DNA of 64,000 bases from a virus (Duplodnaviria > Heunggongvirae > Uroviricota > Caudoviricetes). Positions 43,663 to 53,081 of this stretch are shown here, piece by piece; the first letter of the stretch is position 1, and each line of letters begins with the position of its first letter. The notes beneath the pieces were generated by a model. It saw only the letters and a program-made list of their open reading frames with translations. It was not told the origin of the DNA and did not search any database. The stretch lies in IMG/VR virus record IMGVR_UViG_3300045391_007586, one strand, 5' to 3'. The position numbers and the translations under genes were made by a program.

Positions 43663-44037
43663 TCAGTCCTCGAAAATCTTGTGGTCCTCCACTCGGACCA
43701 GACTGTTTGCGTCATTCACGTAGACGACGCGATGTTGAAAATCAGGAAGGTCAGCCGACTCCAGATGCGCGAGGCAGTTGACCACCACCTTGTCGCCCGG
43801 TGCGAACAGCCGCGCGGGCGGGCCATGCAGCGTGATCTCGCCGGGGTTGCCCTTGATCGCGTATGTCTCCCAATGCTGGCCGTTCGCCAGGTTGTTCACA
43901 TGCACGAACTCGTAAGGCAGAATCCCCGCCGCTTCGAGCAGCCGCGGGCAGATGGCAATGCTTCCCTTGTAGTTCAGGTTGGCGTCAGTCACCGTCGCGC
44001 GGTGGATCTTCGCCCGCACGAATATCCGGCTCATCAA
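43663..44037 (-). CDS. panD: aspartate 1-decarboxylase-like pyruvoyl-dependent decarboxylase
   Basis: KIHRATVTDANLNYKGSIAI and LEAAGILPYEFVHVNNLANGQHWETYAI align with the PanD pro-enzyme including the G-S self-cleavage site. Confidence 0.75.
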   Translation of the reverse strand: MMSRIFVRAKIHRATVTDANLNYKGSIAICPRLLEAAGILPYEFVHVNNLANGQHWETYAIKGNPGEITLHGPPARLFAPGDKVVVNCLAHLESADLPDFQHRVVYVNDANSLVRVEDHKIFED

Positions 44038-44498
44038 CGGCGCCCCGAGCGGAAGGAGCTGTAGCCCGACGAGCGGTAGCTGCTGAAGCTGGACGACGAG
44101 CGATACGCGCTATAGCCGGAGGACGGCCGGTAAGTCGTCGTTGGCGCGCGGTAAGTCGGCGCAGGCGCCGGACGCGTAATCGTGACCGTCTTGTTGATGA
44201 CCGTCGTGTTGCGAACGACCGGGGCCGGCGTGTAGTGATGAACGACCGTCGTGTGACCCCATCCGCCGAACAGATGACCCATCATGTAGCCCTGCCAGAA
44301 GCCGTCATTGGACGGCTGCTGCACGACCACGGGTGGCTGCTGAACAACGACCGGACCTTGAGCTGGCGCTGCTGCTGCGACGACAGGTGCCGCCGCTACA
44401 GGTTGCTGTGCATAGTCGTCGTGGCGGGAACTGCAAGACGCAATGGCTGCTACTGCGACGACAGCCACCGCTGCCGCCGCGATATACCGCATTCGCAT
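44034..44498 (-). CDS. lipoprotein, low-complexity (Pro/Val/Ala/Ser-rich)
   Basis: Signal plus lipobox IASCSS. Confidence 0.5.
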   Translation of the reverse strand: MRMRYIAAAAVAVVAVAAIASCSSRHDDYAQQPVAAAPVVAAAAPAQGPVVVQQPPVVVQQPSNDGFWQGYMMGHLFGGWGHTTVVHHYTPAPVVRNTTVINKTVTITRPAPAPTYRAPTTTYRPSSGYSAYRSSSSFSSYRSSGYSSFRSGRR

Positions 44499-44659
44499 GA
44501 TTACTCCAGTTGGTTAATGGGCAACTACTGCCTTGTCGAGCTGCTTGGCTCTGACACATGGCTACCGCTGGCACTTCGGGCTATCTGCCCGACGCCGATC
44601 GACCGGCGCCATGTGTAAGAGTCCCGGTGTTGCGGACACCGGGAACCGGGCGGGCTGAA

Positions 44660-44779
44660 TTACTGGCCCTTGTAGACCTTGGCCGGGCTGTTGAAGTCGT
44701 CCGGCTGTGCCTTGCTGCACGCCGCAACCGACAGCGACAGCGCAACCACCGCCATTGCCACCACGAACACCTTCTTCAT
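44660..44779 (-). CDS. small lipoprotein (39 aa, entericidin-like size)
   Basis: MKKVFVVAMAVVALSLSVAACSKAQPDDFNSPAKVYKGQ; GAGAGAGGAAAG RBS; two motif 1 copies upstream (44807-44880). Confidence 0.4.
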   Translation of the reverse strand: MKKVFVVAMAVVALSLSVAACSKAQPDDFNSPAKVYKGQ

Positions 44780-44893
44780 GCTTTCCTCTCTCAGGTTAGG
44801 TTTGAAAATCTGTCAGCTACGACTGACAGATTGAATGTTACGCAAGTCTGCCCGGATATGCAATCAGCTATGACTGATTTACCACGTAATGCC

Positions 44894-45895
44894 TCAGTCT
44901 TCCCACCCGTCGAGGGTGCCCACCGAGTAGTCCACGACCTTGCTCTCGAAGAAGTTCTTCTCGCGCTTTTTGGACGGGTCAGAGAACTGCTCAACCCACG
45001 GGAACGGGTTTTTGATACCGGGATACAACGGCTCGATACCGATCAGGGCCGCAACCTCGTTTGCGCGCGACTTGCAGTATTCATCCATCAGCAGGTCCGA
45101 CAACCCCGGAACGCCCTTTCGGATGATGTATTTGCCCCACTTGGTCTCCAGCTCGGTCGCCTCGCGCAGCAGCACTTCGGCGTCGCTGTAGAACGTAGGC
45201 CCGTAGACTTCCGGGTTCTCCACCTTGTGCGTGAAGTGCATGCGCTTGAACAGGTGAAGGTGCGTGATCTCATCCCGGTTGATGAACTTCACCATGTCCG
45301 AAGCGCCGATCATTTCGCCCATGCGCCCGAGCACGTAGAAGACCAGGAACGCGCTGTAGAAGTAGATGCCCTCCAGCGCCATGTTGGCGACGATCGCGCG
45401 GGCGAATTGGGCGTGCGACTGCTCTCTCGCGAGGATTTCCGCCTGCCGGATGATGTGCTCGTTCTTCGCCGCGAGAATCCCGTCCTGCTCGAACCGCATG
45501 TAGACCGCCATCGGGTCGGCCGACACCGTTTCCACGATCTGCGAGTAGGAGTCGACGTGCAGCGCCTCTTCATACGCCTGGCGCTTGATCAGCATCGTCA
45601 CTTCCGGCGACGTGATGCAGTTGTCGATGTTCACGAGGTTGTAGAGCTGGATGCCGTCCAGGTTCGAGACGAACGACAGCGCCGAGTCGAACGCGTAACG
45701 CTTGCCCTCGTCGAGGCGCCGATAGCACGGGCCGTCTTCGGTCAGGTTGACTTCGTTGGCGGTCCAGTTGTTCGCGAGCATGGTGTTCCACATGTCTCGC
45801 GCCCACACGTGGCGCATGGGAGAGATTGCCATCAGGCGGGATTGCGGGCCGAACGCCAGGCGTCGGGCATTGATGATTTCAGAGCTACGGGTCAT
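44894..45895 (-). CDS. nrdB: ribonucleotide reductase class I beta subunit
   Basis: Di-iron ligand motifs (EEALHVDSY, DEITHLHL), FYSAFLVFY. Confidence 0.85.
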   Translation of the reverse strand: MTRSSEIINARRLAFGPQSRLMAISPMRHVWARDMWNTMLANNWTANEVNLTEDGPCYRRLDEGKRYAFDSALSFVSNLDGIQLYNLVNIDNCITSPEVTMLIKRQAYEEALHVDSYSQIVETVSADPMAVYMRFEQDGILAAKNEHIIRQAEILAREQSHAQFARAIVANMALEGIYFYSAFLVFYVLGRMGEMIGASDMVKFINRDEITHLHLFKRMHFTHKVENPEVYGPTFYSDAEVLLREATELETKWGKYIIRKGVPGLSDLLMDEYCKSRANEVAALIGIEPLYPGIKNPFPWVEQFSDPSKKREKNFFESKVVDYSVGTLDGWED

Positions 45896-46194
45896 GCTGC
45901 ACCAGGAGGTTGAGGGGTTGTTGCGATCAATTGCTGAAACTTTGCGAGCGCCGCCTTTGCGCGCTTGCCTTGGTCCTGTCCGCCGACTGCATAGAACTGG
46001 CACGCCGCGATGAATGCCTCGATCGGCTGCATGCCGTCCGTCACGTCGGGCAAAATCGCTGCGAACTTGCCTGTCGGGACGCGGTTGAGGATGCCCTCTT
46101 CTACCGGCGTCGACATCGGACGCGCTTGCTCGCGGGACGGCTCTACGCTAGGCGCGGGTTTCGCGCGACCGGGGAACTGAATGACTTCTGCCAC
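45892..46194 (-). CDS. hypothetical protein between nrdA and nrdB
   Basis: GTG start after GGAGAA RBS; ATGA overlap with nrdB. Confidence 0.45.
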   Translation of the reverse strand: MAEVIQFPGRAKPAPSVEPSREQARPMSTPVEEGILNRVPTGKFAAILPDVTDGMQPIEAFIAACQFYAVGGQDQGKRAKAALAKFQQLIATTPQPPGAA

Positions 46195-46210
46195 TTTGGT
46201 TTCTCCGATA

Positions 46211-46236
46211 AAAAGCGGGCGACTTGCGCCCGCTCT
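46211..46236 (-). terminator. hairpin plus U-tract directly downstream of nrdA (minus strand)
   Basis: gcgggcgcaagtcgcccgc followed by ttttt on minus; sits between the motif 1 copy (46244-46263) and the next RBS. Confidence 0.45.
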
Positions 46237-46263
46237 TGATTGTATGTCAGTTACGACTGATTC

Positions 46264-48528
46264 TCACTGGCATGCTTCGCACTCGGGGTTGTCGATGCTG
46301 CACAGCTTGACTTCCGGCTCCGCGGTCGTGCTCGGCGCCGTCGACACAGACTGTGATTCCGTCCGCAGGTAGTAGGTCGTCTTCAGACCCAATTCCCACG
46401 CGGTCTCGTAGATGCGCGCCAGGTCTTTGCCTTTGGTCCCGCGCTTGACGAAGATGTTCGTCGACTGCGCCTGGTCGATCCACTTCTGACGGCGGGCCGC
46501 TGCCTTCACAACCCAGATCGGGTCGATTTCGAACATGCCCTTCGCCAGCTCGGGACGGCCATACTTCAGCGTCGGGTCGACCACCAGGAAGTCACCGGAC
46601 AGGTTGGTCTTCGAATACACCAGATCGACAGCCGCCTCGATGCACGGCGTCGTGCCGGCGATGTTCGAGATCGTCGCGGTCGGTGCGATTGCCATGCAGT
46701 TCGAGTTGCGGATGCCAACCTGCTCGATCTGGCGACGCAGCGCGTCCCAATCCCGGTGCGGCCGGAGCCCGATGTCGCGTGCCGTGTCGATCGGCAGAAT
46801 GCCTCGCGACCACTTCGAGCCAGCGAAGGTCGGATACGCGCCACGCTCGCGTGCCAAGCCGACAGACGCCTCGATGGCGTCATAGCTCCACTCTTCGAAC
46901 AGACGATCGGCGAAGTCCAGGTGCTCGTCCGACTCGAAGTCGATGCCGCTCTGCACCAGATACTCCATGTAGCCCATCACGCCAAGCCCGACCGGACGGT
47001 GCTTCAGGTTGGACTCGCGAGCGCGCTCGGACGGATAGAAGTTGATGTCGATCACGTTGTCGAGCATCCGCATTGCCGTGCGAACCACGTGGCGGAACCG
47101 GGCGCGGTCCTTCGTCGGGTTGCAGCGCGACAGGTTCACCGAGCCGAGGTTGCAGACGAACGTCTCCGTGTCCGAGTTGTTCAGGGCGATTTCCGTGCAA
47201 AGGTTCGAGTTGTGGATGACGCCGACGTGCGACTGCGGGTTGCGGCGGTTCATTTCGTCCTTGAACGTGATCCACGGGTGGCCCGTCTCGAACAGCATCG
47301 TCAGCCACTTGCGCCACAGTTCGATCGCCGGCATCTGACGGACGAACTTGCCCGCGGCTTCCAGCTCCAGGTAACGCGCTTCGAACGCCTCGCCGTGCAG
47401 CTCGTGCAGCTCCGGGTATTCCTTCGGGCTGAAGAAGCTCCAGACGCCCCGCTCTTTCTGACGCTTCATGAAGAGGTCCGGCATCCAGCCAGCCGGGTAG
47501 ATTTCGTGCGCACGCTTGCGCTCGTCGCCCGTGTTCTTCTTGAGCTCCAGGAAGTCGGGGAAGTCCGGGTGCCACGGTTCGAGATACGGCGCAAACGAAC
47601 CCTTGCGCTTGCCACCCTGATTCACCGCCACCGCCGTGTCGTTGTAAATCTTGAGGTAAGGAACGATGCCGGAGCTGATGCCCGACGTGCCACGAATGTG
47701 GTCGCCTTCCGCACGCACGCGCGTCCAGTCGGTGCCGATACCGCCCGCATACTTCGACAGGTTGGCGCACTCTTCGATCGTGCCGAAGATCGACGCGTGC
47801 TTGTGCATGCCGTCCTCGTTGCTGATCGAATCGAAGACGGTATTGCCGTAGCACGACGACAGTTGCGAGTGGCGCGTGCCGGCGTTGAACAGCGTCGGCG
47901 TCGAGCTCACGAATTCGAGGTTCGACAGGATGTCGTAGAACTGGATCGCGCGAGCGGTCGGGTCGTCTTCGTTCAGCGCGACGCCCATCGCCACGCGCAT
48001 CCAGAAGTGCTGAGGCATTTCGATGATGCGCCCTTCCGGCTTGTCGCGCAGGAAGTAGCGGTCTGCGAGGGTTTGCAGCCCCAGGTAGCCGAACAGGAAG
48101 TCACGCTCGGGCTTGATTGCGTCATTCAGGCGGTTCAGGTCGAACCGTTCGGTGTCGCCCATGCGCGGGTCCAGCAGCTCGGCGTCGAACGCCTGGATGA
48201 GGTAGCTGCGCAGGTGCGGATAGTGGATCGAGTCCGCCGCCTGCTTATAGACTTCCTGAAGCAGCAGGCGAGCCGCCGCGAAGTCAGCGTCGGGGTTGCC
48301 GATCGCAATCTGACCAGCCGCCGCGCCGATGGCGAGCCGGTGAATGTCGGAAGTCTTGATGCCGTCGTAGACGGCCTTCTCCACCGCCTCGAAGATCGAG
48401 GCCGGCGACACCGACAGACCTTGGCAGGCCCACTCGATGCACTTCAGAATCTTGCTGGAATCCTTCGGAGCGCGCGTCCCATTGCGCTTGATTACAAACA
48501 CAGTATCGTCCTTCATAGGTTCGTTCAC
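46264..48528 (-). CDS. nrdA: ribonucleotide reductase class Ia alpha subunit
   Basis: ATP-cone N-terminus, NLCTEI active-site motif, C-terminal CSIDNPECEACQ redox tail. Confidence 0.9.
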   Translation of the reverse strand: MNEPMKDDTVFVIKRNGTRAPKDSSKILKCIEWACQGLSVSPASIFEAVEKAVYDGIKTSDIHRLAIGAAAGQIAIGNPDADFAAARLLLQEVYKQAADSIHYPHLRSYLIQAFDAELLDPRMGDTERFDLNRLNDAIKPERDFLFGYLGLQTLADRYFLRDKPEGRIIEMPQHFWMRVAMGVALNEDDPTARAIQFYDILSNLEFVSSTPTLFNAGTRHSQLSSCYGNTVFDSISNEDGMHKHASIFGTIEECANLSKYAGGIGTDWTRVRAEGDHIRGTSGISSGIVPYLKIYNDTAVAVNQGGKRKGSFAPYLEPWHPDFPDFLELKKNTGDERKRAHEIYPAGWMPDLFMKRQKERGVWSFFSPKEYPELHELHGEAFEARYLELEAAGKFVRQMPAIELWRKWLTMLFETGHPWITFKDEMNRRNPQSHVGVIHNSNLCTEIALNNSDTETFVCNLGSVNLSRCNPTKDRARFRHVVRTAMRMLDNVIDINFYPSERARESNLKHRPVGLGVMGYMEYLVQSGIDFESDEHLDFADRLFEEWSYDAIEASVGLARERGAYPTFAGSKWSRGILPIDTARDIGLRPHRDWDALRRQIEQVGIRNSNCMAIAPTATISNIAGTTPCIEAAVDLVYSKTNLSGDFLVVDPTLKYGRPELAKGMFEIDPIWVVKAAARRQKWIDQAQSTNIFVKRGTKGKDLARIYETAWELGLKTTYYLRTESQSVSTAPSTTAEPEVKLCSIDNPECEACQ

Positions 48529-48582
48529 AGGGGTCGTTGATTATACGTCAGTCACTTACGACTGAATATAAGCGGTTGAAAA

Positions 48583-48906
48583 TTACCAGTCACCTGCCGA
48601 GGGCGTCAGGGGTCTGTCCGGGTGAGGCTTCGGGGCGACCGGCATCTGCGTGTGCCAGTCAACGTGCGTCCAGTCTGTAGAATGCGCGTGCTGCATATAC
48701 AAGTCCCGAAACACGCTTGCGCCCCGGTCGTCGATCGTCCGCTTCATCGCAGCCTGCAACTTCCCGTCTTCAATCAGCTTGCGCCAAACGTCGTCGTCGA
48801 CCGCCGCGCACTCGTCGACCCATACGCTGTCGATCTCGAAACCGGTGATCGTTGTTCGTCCTTCGTCCCGCATATGTTCGGACACGGAAACTCTCCAATC
48901 TGTCAT
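48583..48906 (-). CDS. hypothetical protein
   Basis: 107 aa; motif 1 copy at 48897-48922. Confidence 0.45.
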   Translation of the reverse strand: MTDWRVSVSEHMRDEGRTTITGFEIDSVWVDECAAVDDDVWRKLIEDGKLQAAMKRTIDDRGASVFRDLYMQHAHSTDWTHVDWHTQMPVAPKPHPDRPLTPSAGDW

Positions 48907-48916
48907 TTAAGACTGA

Positions 48917-49510
48917 TTACGCGGCGATGCGCATCCCTGCCCAGAATGCCGCAGCCTGCTTATATTGATCGGTGCGCAGACCTGCTTCGATCGCCGCCGT
49001 CGCGTCCGCCAGATGCTCATTTGCGTCCGCAATGTCGCCCTTCTTATAGGTCTTGCCGTTCCGGTCGTATCGCAGCCACGGTGCCTCCGGATATTTCCCG
49101 GTCGCCCACGCGATCATTTCGAGCTTCGACGCGTCTGGCTTGCCGATTGCCGCCATTTTGACTTCGGTCGGCGTCACCTGGATCAGCGGCACCGGGCATG
49201 CGGCCAGAATGCCCAGGCAAACGCCATACGACGCCATTGCACGGGCCGATTGCGAGCCGACCGGCACTTCAGCGAAAGCCAACGCCACGTCGGTCAGATT
49301 GGTCATCATGCCCTTGTGCAGCAGACGCGCCCGCTCCAGGTCTTCAGAGTTCTTCCGAACCTGCTTGCGAGTCGCCTTATCCTTCTCCGGCGCTGTCTTC
49401 ACGAGGATCAGGTCATACGGGTTCAGCTCCAGCGTGTCGGTATCGACGAACGCCTTCACGATGCCAAAGTTGCTGAGGCTCGGGTCGAGCCCTGCGATAC
49501 GCAGCTTCAT
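48917..49510 (-). CDS. RuvC-like Holliday junction resolvase
   Basis: N-terminal IAGLDPSLSNFGIV (catalytic Asp) and C-terminal DIADANEHLADATAAIEA matching the RuvC D-DA-A-H segment. Confidence 0.6.
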   Translation of the reverse strand: MKLRIAGLDPSLSNFGIVKAFVDTDTLELNPYDLILVKTAPEKDKATRKQVRKNSEDLERARLLHKGMMTNLTDVALAFAEVPVGSQSARAMASYGVCLGILAACPVPLIQVTPTEVKMAAIGKPDASKLEMIAWATGKYPEAPWLRYDRNGKTYKKGDIADANEHLADATAAIEAGLRTDQYKQAAAFWAGMRIAA

Positions 49511-49513
49511 TTC

Positions 49514-50002
49514 CTACCAAGCTCCAAAGTTGTCGTCATACTGCCCCGCCTTTTCCTTCAGGCGAAGCTCTTCCACTGCTGCCAATTGCGCACGCCGCAG
49601 TCCAGCAAGCGCCTCGATCGAGTCCTTCTTGAAGATCGAGTCGAGCGCCGCACGCATCCCGTTGAACTTGTCGAGTGCTTCACCGACCGGCACTTCGATG
49701 AAGCGGAACTTCTCGGCGCCCGCGGGCGCCAGCGTGAGCACGAGGTCTTTCCCGTTCGCGAGGTATGCGCCCCTGAGCCAGAATTCCTCCAAGCCGATCA
49801 GACTTGCGATCATTGCGACGCCGCGCTTGCCCGTCGCGTTGAACTGTGCGGGGCCGGTCAGCGTCACCTTGAAGTCGCGCCACTCACACGCTTCCGTGAT
49901 CAGTTGCGCGAGCTTCTGCCCCTCCAGGTCGGTCGTCTCCGGGTCGGGCGGATCGTCCACCCAGAACCCACTGTCGTCGAAATGCCCTCTTGCCTTCGTC
50001 AT
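49514..50002 (-). CDS. hypothetical protein
   Basis: 162 aa. Confidence 0.5.
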   Translation of the reverse strand: MTKARGHFDDSGFWVDDPPDPETTDLEGQKLAQLITEACEWRDFKVTLTGPAQFNATGKRGVAMIASLIGLEEFWLRGAYLANGKDLVLTLAPAGAEKFRFIEVPVGEALDKFNGMRAALDSIFKKDSIEALAGLRRAQLAAVEELRLKEKAGQYDDNFGAW

Positions 50003-50011
50003 GCCCTTCTC

Positions 50012-51961
50012 TTACATAGCGTGATGCGTTGCACCTTCCACGCGTGACGTTTTCCCTTCACGCGTGACCGTAATGATGTTGTCGATCCAGTCGGCGAGGT
50101 TGTTGTGCGACACGACGATGACGGTGCCGCGCTCGCGCGCCTTCTTGTTCAGCATGTCCATCAGACGTTCGAGACCCGCGTCGTCGAGCGCGTGATCGAT
50201 CTCGTCCGCCATGAAGATGTTGATGGGCTTCGTCGCCCGCGTCGCCACGAGGTCTTGCAGCGCGCTTGCGGTTGCGAGCCGCACCTTGCGCTTCTCACCA
50301 CCCGACAAGCCCGCGAACCCGTCAGAGCCGTCCTCATACGTGACTTCGATGTTGAACTTCTCTTTGGTCTCGCCCTTCGCGGTGCGCGTCAGCGTCGACC
50401 AGACCGCTTGAATGTTCCCGTCCGACAGCACGCCCAGATATTCAGACGTGCGGGCGTTTAGGAAAGGTGTAACCGTGTCGAGAATGTGTGCGCGCACGCC
50501 CGCCGGCCCGAACACTTTCACCGCGTCGTTGGCGACCGCCAGGGCCTTGTCGGCCGCTTCGAGCTGCGTTTCGAGCGTCGCGAGCGTGCCTTCGATATGC
50601 TTGACGCCCGCTTCGCGCTCTTCGCGCACCTTGGTCCACGGGTTCGGCTCGGTCAGCTTCGCCTGGGCCTGCGCTTTGATCGTTTCCACCTGCCCCTTGA
50701 GCGAGGCAATCTCGCGCTCTGCCGTCTGCGCGGCGGTCAGAACCCTGCTGAGCATCTGCTGCTCGGCGCTGATAGCGCTCACGTCCGGCATCGACGCCTT
50801 GAACGCTTCGATTTCGGCCCGTTTCGCGTCGATTCGCGGCCCCATTTCCTTCAGCGCACGCGCCTTCGGAAGCAGCTCTTCCTTCGCCTTGCGCAGCCCA
50901 TCCTCTTGCGCCGCCTTTGCAGCCGCCAGGTCGTGCTCGCAATACGACTTCCCGCATTCGCCGCAGGGAGTGCCAACGCGCTTGTCGATGTTCTCGATCG
51001 CCTGCTGACGACGCGTCAGGTCTTGCTTTCCGTGCTCGACCGCGGACTGCGCGCGCGTCTGTTCTCGCTCCATTGCCCGCAGCTCGTTTTGAATCGCGGT
51101 CAGCTTCGCCACGCGTTCGTTGTGCGCCGTCAGGTCGCGATTGATCTCGTCGATCCGGGCTTGGGTGCCGGCGACATCGAGCTTGGCTCGCGTCGTTTCC
51201 CGCTCCTGAATGCCCTGCTGAAGCGGCAGCACGCCACGCAGATGATCGCGCGCACGGTCCTTCCGGCCGCTCTCGAATGCAGCCTCTTCCGCTTGAGCCT
51301 GTGCGAGCGACGCTTTGGCATTCGTGAGGTTGTCACGCGCACTGACGACGCCCGATGCGAGGTTGTCCCGGCTGCTCTGCGCTGCGAGCGCCTTCTGACG
51401 CGCGATGCGATACGCTTCCGTCAGCACTTCGACGCCGGCCGCTTCCTCGATGAGCACCTTCAGTTGCTTGTCGGTCATGCCAGGCAGGTCGGGCATTGCC
51501 TCCTGCCCCGCGTAGACCGACGCGTTGAATACGTCCGCGCTACAGCCGACGATCGCCTCGACGACTGCCTGGGTCTCCTTGTCGGTGCCCTTGCTTATGT
51601 CGGTGCCAATGCCGGTCTTCAGGTCGCGTTGTGTGACGGTCAGTGCATTCTTGCCGACCGAATGCTTCCGATGCCGCACGATCCGGTATTCACAGTCGCC
51701 GTCGACCAGAACGACCGCGACGTAACAATCCTTCTTGATCTTGTTGTTGACCACCGAATCGCCCGTCACGCCACGCGCGGTGATGCCGAACAGGCACCAC
51801 GAGATTGCATCCAGCAGACTCGACTTGCCGGAACCGTTGCTCTTGGCGGACGGCTCGGCGAGGTTGATGCCCTGCACGAGCAGCAGCCCGCGCTTGTCCA
51901 GCTCCACTTCGAACTTCCCGAGCTTAAGGAAGTTTTCGCCTTCGAGTTTCAGAATGTCCAT
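50012..51961 (-). CDS. SbcC/Rad50-like recombination ATPase (gp46-like)
   Basis: Walker A GSGKSS, zinc-hook CGECGKSYC, signature LSGGEKRK, Walker B IFMADEID, long coiled-coil. Confidence 0.8.
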   Translation of the reverse strand: MDILKLEGENFLKLGKFEVELDKRGLLLVQGINLAEPSAKSNGSGKSSLLDAISWCLFGITARGVTGDSVVNNKIKKDCYVAVVLVDGDCEYRIVRHRKHSVGKNALTVTQRDLKTGIGTDISKGTDKETQAVVEAIVGCSADVFNASVYAGQEAMPDLPGMTDKQLKVLIEEAAGVEVLTEAYRIARQKALAAQSSRDNLASGVVSARDNLTNAKASLAQAQAEEAAFESGRKDRARDHLRGVLPLQQGIQERETTRAKLDVAGTQARIDEINRDLTAHNERVAKLTAIQNELRAMEREQTRAQSAVEHGKQDLTRRQQAIENIDKRVGTPCGECGKSYCEHDLAAAKAAQEDGLRKAKEELLPKARALKEMGPRIDAKRAEIEAFKASMPDVSAISAEQQMLSRVLTAAQTAEREIASLKGQVETIKAQAQAKLTEPNPWTKVREEREAGVKHIEGTLATLETQLEAADKALAVANDAVKVFGPAGVRAHILDTVTPFLNARTSEYLGVLSDGNIQAVWSTLTRTAKGETKEKFNIEVTYEDGSDGFAGLSGGEKRKVRLATASALQDLVATRATKPINIFMADEIDHALDDAGLERLMDMLNKKARERGTVIVVSHNNLADWIDNIITVTREGKTSRVEGATHHAM

Positions 51962-51970
51962 GTCCGCTCC

Positions 51971-53050
51971 TTATTCGCTCAATGCGCCCGCGCGTGCTTC
52001 GGCAAGAATCTGCGCACACAGATCGTTGACCGCCGCTTCGTTCTCGAACTTCTGGGCTTTCACGTAGCCCGCCACACTCGCTTCGAGCGTCTCGCCCTTC
52101 GTGACTGTCACGGCGCCCGTCGCACGCGTCGTTTTCGCGCTCCCTTGCGGGATAAGCACGACTTCGCGCGCACCATGCGACGCGAGAAGCTCGCGCAGCG
52201 CGGCGACCTCTTTCGACTTGGCGCCCGAGTCGATGAACGCCCGGATGTAGTTGCCTTGCACCATCGCTGCGAGCTCCAGCTCGTCTTCGCTGCCGTTGAT
52301 CTGCACGAACTCCGGTGCGTGCGACTTGCGCCACGTCACACCGTCTTCACGCACGATCAGAAAGCCCGCCTTTGTCCCCACGTCGCTCCACGTCTGGTGC
52401 GTCGTCGCACCGATCGACCAGACCTTGCCGGGAACGACTTCCTTGTGGTTGTGGTAGTGACCCGTGAACACGCGACGGAACCCGAGGCTTGCCAGGTATT
52501 CGCCCGTCAGCCCGTGATCGGGAATGCCGAGCAGCACGCCGTCGACGGGCGCATGCAGAACAAGGTCGACGCCAGTGCGGTCGACTGGATCGATCAGCTC
52601 CAGCTTTTCCTTGAGCTGACGCACGCTGCCGAACCACGGGACGACGACGATGTGGTCGTGGACGTGCAGACCGTGCTCCCACGAAGAGACCACCTTGCAG
52701 CCGACGTTCTCCAGCGCGGTCGCGGCGCTCGAAAGACGCTCTGCATCTTTCCCTTCGAGGTCGTGGTTGCCGGCGTCGATGATGATCTGAAACCCTTCCG
52801 CGATCAGTTCGCGATGCAGGTCGAGCACCGGGTTCAGCACGGTTGGCGCGAGCGAGCCGCGCACGTGGAAGGTGTCGCCCGCATTGACGATCAGGTTGCC
52901 GCCCGCCTCTCGCAGCTCGTTCGCGCACCGACGCAACTCGTCGAGCTGGAACTGAAGGCGTGTATTGACGCCCTTCTCGTTGACGGCATTGAACTTCTGC
53001 CAGTTATGGAAATGCTGATCGGATACGATCGCGTAGGGTTTTTGCTGCAT
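51971..53050 (-). CDS. SbcD/Mre11-like nuclease (gp47-like)
   Basis: Phosphoesterase motifs VSDQHFH, GDTFH, GNHD; start trimmed to ATG with GGAGAAAG RBS. Confidence 0.8.
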   Translation of the reverse strand: MQQKPYAIVSDQHFHNWQKFNAVNEKGVNTRLQFQLDELRRCANELREAGGNLIVNAGDTFHVRGSLAPTVLNPVLDLHRELIAEGFQIIIDAGNHDLEGKDAERLSSAATALENVGCKVVSSWEHGLHVHDHIVVVPWFGSVRQLKEKLELIDPVDRTGVDLVLHAPVDGVLLGIPDHGLTGEYLASLGFRRVFTGHYHNHKEVVPGKVWSIGATTHQTWSDVGTKAGFLIVREDGVTWRKSHAPEFVQINGSEDELELAAMVQGNYIRAFIDSGAKSKEVAALRELLASHGAREVVLIPQGSAKTTRATGAVTVTKGETLEASVAGYVKAQKFENEAAVNDLCAQILAEARAGALSE

Positions 53051-53081
53051 GGCTTTCTCCTGGACAGTCATCTTTGACTGA

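Noticed and set aside
46756-48540. 594-aa plus-strand ORF (and 46880-47854 minus) inside nrdA
   Set aside because: Antisense or alternate-frame artefacts of the high-GC nrdA gene; the nrdA frame carries all conserved RNR motifs.
50486-53077. 863-aa plus-strand ORF spanning sbcC/sbcD
   Set aside because: Arg-rich antisense ORF; the minus-strand genes have Walker, zinc-hook and phosphoesterase motifs.
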